From Eledone cirrhosa (taxonomy: Eukaryota): a stretch of 64,000 nt of DNA. The notes below the pieces were generated by a model that worked only from the letters and a program-made list of their open reading frames with translations, made no database searches and was not told where the DNA came from. The translations under genes were made by a program, and so were the position numbers. Shown here piece by piece: positions 54,169 through 64,000 of this stretch (position 1 is its first letter; each line of letters opens with the position of its first letter). The DNA is taken from the NCBI GenBank assembly GCA_964016885.1, contig OZ024741.1, forward strand, positions 347,448,001 to 347,512,000, written 5' to 3'.

Positions 54169-55262
54169 ATATTAAAGTCTATTATATTCCAACCATAACT
54201 TCTCTGTAATTTTGGTGCCGTTTTTCTTGGGGATTCATTACTCCAATTCTCTCACGATTATTAGTGGCACTGAAATTGGTCACCAATTTCATTTATATAG
54301 TCATAAGGCTGAGTTGTTTCGGTGTACAATACCTCTGGGGTTCATCAAGTACATTTCAAGCAAAGTTGCCTCGAATAACATGTTGATATTTAAACATTGG
54401 TAACATTGATAAAATGTATGTTGATAAGAACATTGATCCCGTTAAGGGTGAAAGCAGCGATTCTTTGCTTAAACCTTATTCTCTTATTTTAATAAATATA
54501 TATACAAATATATGTATAAAAAAGGGAAAACACAGGTAAGCTTTAAGAGAAGTATTTTATCCAGGTATTTACGACCGTTTCATTAGTAAGTGCAACCTTA
54601 TATGCTATACTGCAAATAGCAGCCACTCAATTATAATCGTTGTTCACAGTCCAAATTTTCAAAATAGTGAGTAAGTTACTCTTGAAATAATTCTTAATAT
54701 ATAGAGAAAAACCTTTTTTGGGAATTGAATTTACTAGTATAGAAAGAGAGGATTTAGAAGGTGAGGGGACAAACGGAATAGTATAGAGAGAGAGGAAGGG
54801 GGAAAAGTTAGGAAGTAGAGTGGAAAACTGAGATGGAGGGAGGGGTAGAGGTGGAAGGATTCCTTGATCGGTTTTGATATGTAGACTTCATGTCGTGGTA
54901 TGTAGTGAGTTAAAGAGAATTAAATTGATCATAGTGGGAGGGATGGATAGAGAGAGAGAGCGGGAGATATAAAGAGATAAATATATATATAAAAATTATA
55001 GATAAAGATAATAATGACAAAAATAAAAGCAAAGAAGGGGAGAGAAAGAAAAAAAAAAAAGATAGCCAAAAAGGGGAGGGAAGAAATAGAAGAGGAATGA
55101 AGGAGAAGGGAGGGATATAGGTATTGGTTTTTGTGTGTAATTAAACGAGTTTAGATACAAGAGGGTATAAAGTCTAAGTATATGCAGTTTGTCAGTTGGT
55201 AGTAAGAGGTTAAGGGTTCGATTTGCACTTGTAGACTCTTTGAGTCTATGGTTACAATAAAT

Positions 55263-56320
55263 ACGGTAAATAGCAATACAACATCGAAATCAAACAAGTC
55301 ACGCAATAGAAAATATATTTGGTATAACCCCATATTTAACACCTCTATTAGTACTAACCTACCCTCTACCTTCTTTAGAATAATAAATAAGCACTTTCCA
55401 GCTTCACATAGATACAGCAAAATCCTTAACACTAAACCTATTAGACTATCTTACTCCACGACACCAAATATAGAGGCACACATTAAGATGCTTAACGCTA
55501 AAAAGATACATAACAACACCAGAACACACATTTACAACAATAACAATACAATCACCATTGAACACAACATAATATCTAATACACAACCACCCACTAATAG
55601 GCAAACAAAACGTAACACACTTGTACAGGCATCGCAGCCCACCAATAATGCCAAAGTTGCCCATGACAAGAATTGTAACTGCCACCTACCTGAAACCTGT
55701 CCATTACATAATTGTTTCTACTTTAGGCACAAGGCCAGCAATTACCCAGTGTATTACTTGTACTTTATTTTATCGACCCCGTAAGGATGAAAGGCAAAGT
55801 CAACCTCGGCAAGATTTGAACTCAGATCGTAAAGGGACGTAACTATGCTGGAAAGCATGGCGTCCGACCCTCTACCGATACTGCCAATCCACCGCCCTTT
55901 ACATCCACCTGTCCATTACATAATGAATGTATGCAGTCTAACCTGGTTTACCAATGTACAGTGGAATCAGACAACCAGAAATGGTATTACATGGGAGCGA
56001 CTGGGAATACATTTAAAGCCCGTTGGTATACACACCGTTACGCAATGAAACATTCCCAGCATCGTTATGTAACTACCCTTGCAAACAAGACCTGGCAACT
56101 GAGGGAAAGTAACCATCAATACACCCTGAAGTGGAAAAAATTATCGAACGTGCCCCCATATCGGAGTGGTATGAGAAACTGTCGATTATGCGACCTTGAG
56201 CTGTTCCACATTTTGAGTTCGAAGAATAAGTTACTCAACAATAAAATCGAAAGATCAATTTATTGTAACCATAGACTCAAAGAGAAGTTTTCTCACAACA
56301 AGTGCAAATCGAGCCCTTAA
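55263..56320 (+). pseudogene. PLE GIY-YIG endonuclease region interrupted by a SINE
   Basis: RKYIWYNP..INKHFP..RLSYS..NCNCHLPETCPLH [SINE] NECMQSNLVYQC..YYMGATGNTFKARWYTH..CRLCDLE. Confidence 0.88.
55713..55897 (-). mobile_element. SINE family A with 18-bp TSD inside the PLE ORF
   Basis: ACCTGTCCATTACATAAT at 55695-55712 and 55907-55924. Confidence 0.93.
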
Positions 56321-57160
56321 CCTCTTACTACCAACTGACAAACTTCATATACTTAGACTTTATACCCTCTTGTTGTATCTAAACCCTTTTAATTACCCAC
56401 AAAAACCAATACCTATATCCCTCCCTTTTCCTTCATTCCTCTTCTATTTCTTCGTTTTCTTCCTTCCTTCCCTCCCCTTTTTGGCTATCTTTTCTTTTCT
56501 TCTTTCTCTCCCCTTCTTTGCTTTTATTTTTGTCATTATTATCTTTATCTTAATTTTTTATATATATATTTACCTCTGTATATCCCCCCCCCTCTCTCTA
56601 TCTATCTCTCTATATGATCAACTTAATTTTCTTTAACTCACTACATTCCACGACATGAAGTCTACATATCAAAACTGATCAAGGAATCCTTCCACCTCTA
56701 CCCCTCTCTCTATGTCAGTTTGTCACTCTACTTCCTAACTTTTCCCCCTTCCTCTCTCTCTATACTATTCCGTTTGTCCCTCACCTTCTAATTTCTCTCT
56801 TTCTATACTAGTAAATTCAATTCCCAAAAAATGTTTTTCTCTATATATAAAGAACTGTTTCAAGAGTAACTTACTCACTATTTTGAAAATTTGGACTGTG
56901 AACAACAATTATAATTGAGTGGCTGCTATTTGCAGTATAGCAATGTAAGGTTGCACTTACCAATAAAACGGTCGTAAATACCTGGATAAAATCCTTCTCT
57001 TAATGCTTACCTGTGTTTTCTCTTTTATATTTTATACTTTATACTCCAAGATTGAACGGAATTCTTACAAACGTGTGGAGTTACCCCTAACAGTACGTTG
57101 AAACCCTCCATGAAACTGGCTTTCTTAACCACGAATCACAATAAGCAATGTTCTGCTTCC

Positions 57161-57230
<70 letters not shown>

Positions 57231-57844
57231 ATATATTACCATTGGATTCTCATTCCCATAACATTGTGTAGTTATTTGGCAAATATTGATACAAATTACT
57301 CCGTTGTGATATTTACCAGAGTCATTTTCCAATGATATGTATTATAATGTTTCTTAAGGCCGAATAAGATCAAATGACCACTTAACTGAAAGATGCGGTC
57401 GAAGACACTGAAATTTCAAAATCACAATTTCTACAATTTTCTTCCTCCAAAATCAAAACAATATAGAGCCCTTACTTGCAAGTTCATGGAATCATATATG
57501 TTGACATTTTTATTGTAAATATTACAAACTTGGATAATACTGAATTGAGCACTTCTCTATCCAAGAACGTATAAGTTGACAGGCATTAGATTTTATGATG
57601 TGAAATAAATCTCTGATATATTAAGGGCTTAACATAAGTATAAGAAAATATACATTCATTCAGCAAAATAAAGAAAATCACTTTGTGGTAAAAAACTGGA
57701 AGAACACGAATATTGACAGAAATTTATAGATAACGACAGTAAAGATTTAGTTAAAAGTATAACAGTAAAAATACAGAAAAATTCATTGAAAACGAAATTC
57801 ATTTTAGCCCAGGATTTTCTTTCTATGCGTTTATACACACACAT

Positions 57845-57922
<78 letters not shown>

Positions 57923-59652
57923 GAAGTAAACAGAAATAATAATTGTGCAAACAATACAATTCAGAGAAGAATATGCTCAATTATCGCTTGATATAGGATA
58001 AAAGTGTATTTGTGCGGGAGTTCCCCCATCGCCCACCACTTTGGCTCCCCTGGATATCCCACCGACCTCCTCGCAGTCTGTAGCCTGCTCCAATGCCATG
58101 GAACACCCGCCACCCGCCTCACGGTCGAACAAAACACCATCATCACCCTAGAGATCCCCCCTCCGGCCTGAACTATGCCTTAATCCTTCGATCACTCACC
58201 TTTCCCCCCACACATCCCCCACTAATACCACTAACACGCTCCTCCATTTCACCGCCCCACCCCACAATTAATAATAGTAACACACCCCCCGGACCCCCCC
58301 AACTAACAATACTTACATCTCCTCCCCTCCCCCATCATCCGTGCACCCATACACCTCACACGCACACACCCACATGTACTTATATACACGCACTCACACT
58401 ATCCACACACCATACTACCACCACTAAACCTCACCCACACATCCACTCCGACCACCCCAACATCTAATATCACTAACATCCCCCCGACCACACGAGCACA
58501 CACCATCACACACCCACCCACCTACTCCTACATACACCACCCACTCCACACACCCACCCACACCTACGTACACCACCCACTCCACACACCCAACCAGCAC
58601 TAACCCCCACTGTCACACCTGCATTCAACCTTTTCCCCACCACCAGTAATGCTAACACCCACTAACACCCACCTCTAGCACACACACACTCATCGAAACA
58701 CGCACACACAAACCAGTACACTACACTCCATCCTCCGTCCCAACACGTTTTCTCTCCCTCTCTCCGCTACACTTCACACACACACATCCCACTAACACCT
58801 TCACATTATACAGCCCATTCCCCACATCACCACCTTACCCCTTCACCTTTCACCGCACCTCTGCACACAGACACACACTCTTCACCACATACTGACCATT
58901 TCTTCACCTGTCATCCTCCTCTACTGCTATCTCTTTACCATGCTTTGACCATCTGACCACTTTCTGTTGCGCGCGCACCCCTCATCTCTCCACTTCCGCA
59001 TCACCACCACAAATGGATTTCACACCACCGGTCATCGTTCTAGGTATCCACTCTATAACATGAGAAATATCCAACAATTTATCGCACAGTCCACGGAACT
59101 ACTTTAGAAACATACCTACGTACAAACGTTCACATTTCTTTTCGAACCACGCCACCTACAACCACACCACGTATAAACACAAACACACATGCGTATCCCC
59201 ACATACACACACTCAGCCTCCGGAATACACACAATTCTGATCCCTCTCCATCGACATGCACGCACACACCGACTTACACCCCACCCCACGACACACCGGT
59301 TCCCCTTTTCCTGAACATGGAACCTCGTTTTTCCCCCAACTCTCACATTCACATACACACGCACACACACACGTACACCTACACTCATACACAAACACCA
59401 CCTTCAGCCCTCCCCGCTCAGAGCTCCCACATTCCTCTTCCAACTCCACTCGCCACCACCCCTACACGCCTCACACCCTTCCACCACTTCTTTATTTTTA
59501 TGTTTATTTTTATGTTTATTTTTATTTTTATTTTTATTTGTACTTCTAAAATCGTTGTTCCTCCCTTTTCTCCCCCCCCCCACCTTTTCCCTAAATGTCT
59601 TTCCACCACTCCGCCACACACCCTCGGAACTATCTTTCTACCCACTTTTCTC

Positions 59653-59681
59653 TTGATGAAGCGCTTATGCCCGAAACGTCG
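59653..59681 (+). ncRNA. Decayed minimal PLE-type HHR at the end of a C-rich element (~58000-59765)
   Basis: TTGATGA-AGCGC TTAT GCCC-GAAA-CG-TC resembles the minimal PLE motif CTGATGAAGGGC..GCCCGAAACGTC. Confidence 0.5.
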
Positions 59682-59967
59682 CCCCCCCCCCCTCTCAAAA
59701 GCGTGAACCTAATAAACTCATATTTGTACGGCCTCTCTGTTTTTGTTCTGTTCCCGTCTAAGATTTATATATATATATATTATTATATATATATGTGTGT
59801 GTGTGTGCCGCCAGTTATTTGGATTAGCAACACTACTTTCCGGATCTGGGCATATCAACGAATTTAGAAGGTACACTTCTTTCCACCATTATGTTTCCCT
59901 GTTTTTTTCTGCTTAAGTTCTAACTACCTGATGAGGTCAGAACTATTGCATTATGATTATTAACGAA

Positions 59968-60155
59968 GGGTGGTGAATTGGCAGTATCGGTAGAGGGTTG
60001 GACGCCATGCTTTGATGCATAGAGTTACGGCGCTAGCCATTCTGATTTCGAATCCCGCCTAGGTTAAATTTGCCTTTCATCCTTACGGGGTCGATAAAAT
60101 ATAATACCAGTAATGCACTGGGATAATTGCTGGACTTGCGCCAAAAGTAGAAACA
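59968..60155 (+). mobile_element. SINE family A with 18-bp TSD, inserted into stem II of an HHR
   Basis: ATTATGATTATTA(A/C)CGAA at 59950-59967 and 60156-60173. Confidence 0.9.
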
Positions 60156-60233
60156 ATTATGATTATTACCGAAATATATATTGCAGTGAATATGAATAAT
60201 CGAAGTTAATTTTAACCTGTTGCTTACAATTTT

Positions 60234-60292
<59 letters not shown>

Positions 60293-60639
60293 TAGTAGAT
60301 TATATTAATCAACATATAATACAACTAAGAACAATTAAGTTAACCCTACCAGTTTAAACTATTAAATATATTGATGTATTTGGAAAGTTACCCGTTTCTG
60401 TATGGATTATTAATATCTGAATTATAATTATCAACATCCCACGAATTACAAAATACTTACATATAATTTGAAATCGCAATGTAAATTATATTTACTAAAC
60501 CTTCTACGAACTAACATCAATCTGCACAAGTTAATTATTTCTAGAGATGTAAACTTTCTCGATCTAAATATTGAATATATTGTATAACACAATGGTCACT
60601 GCTGTGTCGACAATGGTGACGATAATGATGATCTGATTA

Positions 60640-60855
60640 ATGATTATGATGTTAGTGGTCTTGAGGATAATGATGATCATGATAACAATACAGATGATGA
60701 TCATGTTGATGATGATGATGATGATGATGATGACGATGATGATGGAGATGATGATGATGATGGTGATGCTGATAATGATGGTGATGATGATGGTGATGAT
60801 GATGATGACGAAGTTGATATGATGTTAATCCTGATGATGATGATGATGACGACGA
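60640..60855. repeat. Imperfect (GAT)n microsatellite
   Basis: Read directly. Other simple repeats include (TCT)n 8173-8230, (GTT)n ~61331-61375, (ATT)n ~61663-61738 and dozens of (TA)n/(CA)n/(GA)n tracts. Confidence 0.95.
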
Positions 60856-61330
60856 GGAATTTAGTGTTGGTGTCGGTGGTGGTAGAGGTGTTATTGGTAG
60901 TGTTCTTTACGTTTTTCATCAAGCTAACCTATTATTCTGGGAAGAATGTATGCTCGGATAAACTATTATGTCTTTAGAAATCAGGAAGAATCTTTAAAAT
61001 TATAAATACATCTTGTGGCTTAACGAAAGCATTTCATTTTATGTTTTATTTTCAGTTACTTATGCTTTATTTAATGTTATTGATATTAATATTATTATTA
61101 TTGTTTTTGCTATTGTTGTTGTTGTTGGTAGTGGTGGTGGTGTTGTGGTTGTTGCTGTTATTGATATCTTTATGATTATAATCATTAGTTTTCTATCTTA
61201 GGATTGTTTTTCTCTCCTATCGACACAATGTAAAATGATTGCACACATTCATGATTCGTTGAAAGCCTGGATAGCTGGAATTAGATGAAGCGAAAACTAG
61301 AGAAATTAATCGATATATACGAATAAAGTG

Positions 61331-61367
<37 letters not shown>

Positions 61368-61670
61368 ATTGTTATTATTATTATCTTTGTTGAAAGATGG
61401 GTGGGAGAGGCAAGCATGACCCGAGGGAATGGGCCTGATCTGAGTATGTGCCTGCAAATTGGAGGTGGAAAACTAGAAGAGGGCAGTTGCCCTGGTGGAT
61501 AAGGTCACCGTGGCTTTTTTAATGGGCTTTCTCCACGAGTGTCCCTCGGTAGTCTCCTAGCTATTGTTTTGTCCATACCCGCAGAAATGCCCCTTTATAC
61601 GGTCCTGTGCTGTCCTTAATGGTATACTTTATGTCAACCCTGGTGGTTAATAAAGAAGGCAGTATTATTA

Positions 61671-61738
<68 letters not shown>

Positions 61739-61954
61739 GAATGCTATGGTTGACGGAGGCTCGGCTCTGTAAGGTATTGTAAATTTTGACCGGTATAACA
61801 ATTGTAAATTGTATAAGACTTTAACCAACTTGTAGACAAAAACACACTCCTCCTCGTGCGAGGGGTCTTTCTGCCCGTTATTTGGCCCTTCGGGGTTAAA
61901 TAACCGCCTATTGGGGTTTTGTGCCCAATATTTATTTTAAACAAAAAAAACAAC

Positions 61955-63749
61955 ATGGCTTCGAAAAAGAATTTTCATAGGTCACTCCCACTCATTCCGT
62001 CTTATTCTTCCTCAATCGTCACTACAGCAGAGAGAAGATTGTCTCTCTCCCTCCCTTCTCTAAATGTGTCTCTCTCCCTCCCTTCTCTTTCGCAAGCGAC
62101 GCCAGAAAAGAAAAATCACGTGCAAAGCGAGCAAGATTTCTCCACGACGACAACGACGAAAAAGGTGTGCGGAAAATACGAAAACCCATTTTATTCGTCT
62201 GACGTCAGGAATAATAGCAGTAGCAGCCGTAATAACAGCAGCAACAGTGACAAGAAAAACAACAGTAGCAGCCGCAACAGCACCAGCAGCAACATAAACA
62301 ACAACAGCATTAGCAGCAACAACAACAGCAGCAGCAGCAACAACATCAACAACCACAGCAACAGCGGCGGCGGCAGTAGTCGTAGTACCTGCAGCAACAA
62401 CAAAAGTAACAGCAGCTCTGACGACAACAACAACAACAACAGCAGCAAAGAAAAAACAATCTCGTTTGCAGGTATCGCAAAGAACCTGGAAACCATCCTC
62501 ATAACAAATGAGGAATTAGAGGAAGCGAAGAAGATGGTGACAAAAACTGGACACCGAGCAATCTGCAAGGTAGCGGAAACATTTTTCGAAACCCAACAGC
62601 ACTGTACGGTCACGTACCGTACAGTAAGTACAAAATCCCGTAGGGTTGAAAGAGCCACAGAGGCTCAAATACAAAAAGCCTTGGGGTATGTGTGGCAGCG
62701 GAAAACGCACATCACCCGAGGCAAGAACTATGCCACCGTAGACGTACTTTTTGCCACACCCCAGGAGGCAAAGGCTCAATCCTTAGTGACCTTAAGGAGC
62801 GAGGAAATGGTGTTGGTGCCCTGCTACTGCGGGCAAAAAATTGCGAGGGTCAAAATGACCCACGTCCCCCCCGGGATGGCCCCTTCTTGGCTGGCCTCGT
62901 CTGTCCTCGTCGGAATCGAGGACAAAACAACTATACTGCAAGTACAGAAAAAACTAAGAGAAGATTGGGTCGGCACCTCCATTGAGATGTTAATCCAAAC
63001 CAACCAGGAGTGAATCGAAGCTATCCCGGATGTGATAGACTTCGATAGCGGCACTCAACTGCCCATAAGTGTTGAGGGCAAACGCCCGAAATGCTTTCGC
63101 TGTGGATCGAAGACTGACCTCAGGGCCTTCTGCAACGAAAAGACCCTGAGAAAGGAGAAAAAAAACACTCCTTCCGAAACCAGATCCACGGCTACCAGCA
63201 ACAGGACAAGCGGCAACCAGGAACGATAGGTCCGTGGCACCCATACCCACGCCAAGGAAATCAAAAACAGCAGCAGCAGTGGAAGTATTAACAACAACAA
63301 CAGCAATACCAAATACAGCTGCAACAGAGACACCAGTGCAAAGATCACCAACAACAACAAGTGAAAGAGTGGAGCTGGTACCCCTCCCCGACCTCACAGA
63401 ATCAGACATGGAGTGTGAGGTGGGAGAGGGGTGGCAAAAGGTCGTAAGAAGGCACAAACGCAGAAGCAGCGCATCGTTGCCTTCGAAAAGGGAGGAAAGA
63501 AATGAAAAATGGGTAAAGGCTACTGCAAAGAGACTCACAGCAGCAACACCACCAACACCATCACCACCCACACTAGCACCACCATCACCACCGGCGACAA
63601 CCCCACCGCCAACAACAATAACACCTTCAACACCACCACCACAACACCAACATCGCAAACACAACAACAAAACACACACACCCAGCAACAACGACAAGAA
63701 AATAGCAGAACCACACCCCACCCCCAGAAAAACAAATGCACGGCAATAA
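61955..63749 (+). pseudogene. Non-LTR retrotransposon ORF1 (gag-like, zinc knuckle), disrupted
   Basis: S/N-rich N-terminus, SFAGIA (SyA.. motif), RRM-like ATVDVLF..ARVKMTHVPP. In-frame TGA at 63011, then ISVEGKRPKCFRCGSKTDLRAFC (CX2CX4HX4C with H replaced by D). Frameshifted tail with GWQKVVRRHKRR. Confidence 0.72.
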
Positions 63750-64000
63750 ATACACACAACAAGAAACTAATGACTTACATAATTGAACACACAGACATTT
63801 CACAACACGACTACATAATACCAGCACCAATCAAAACGCCAACTAACATAAGACTGCTAAAAATAGCACAGAAACAGTACACAAACACTAAAACGAAATT
63901 CCCCAACGCAGTTGGTGATTTCAGAGAACTAGGAGGGACTCTCAATCGAAGAGTATATTCGGACATACTCATAGAAGAGCCGACGACCAGCCGAAGGGAC

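Larger units (their letters stand above)
54518..57165 (+). mobile_element. 5'-truncated PLE with ~750-bp inverted arms (54518-55262 / 56258-57026)
   Basis: Central GIY-YIG remnant with reverse-complement arms. HHR relic GAAACGGTC with stem I TATTTGC/GTAAATA but no core. Confidence 0.88.

Noticed and set aside
62191-63757. Long minus-strand poly-Leu/Val ORFs
   Set aside because: Antisense shadows of the AAC/AGC/ACC-rich LINE ORF1.

Overview
Eukaryotic, AT-rich, microsatellite-dense intergenic or intronic DNA. The SINE family and (TA)n/(CA)n load look like an octopod cephalopod genome (inference). I see no intact host gene. The window is a nest of mobile elements: several Penelope-like retroelements (PLEs; RT and/or GIY-YIG) with inverted pseudo-LTR arms, about 13 copies of a tRNA-derived SINE, 3 non-autonomous Helitrons, a decayed mariner, RTE/LINE fragments and a LINE ORF1. 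The main signal is RNA structure. Two tandem arrays of a 460-476 bp non-coding unit (34301-36900; 47181-50444, a head-to-head palindrome) carry one type I hammerhead ribozyme (HHR) per full unit, with a palindromic, dimer-type stem III. This fits non-LTR retrozymes (circular-RNA retroelements). One array is nested in the 3' pLTR of a near full-length PLE. More than 15 further HHR or HHR-derived motifs from about 10 unrelated families sit in PLE ends and fold-back mini-insertions in (TA)n tracts. Several share unusual core variants (U.U closing stem II, CAGAAGA). All folds were paired by eye, and no activity is demonstrated.
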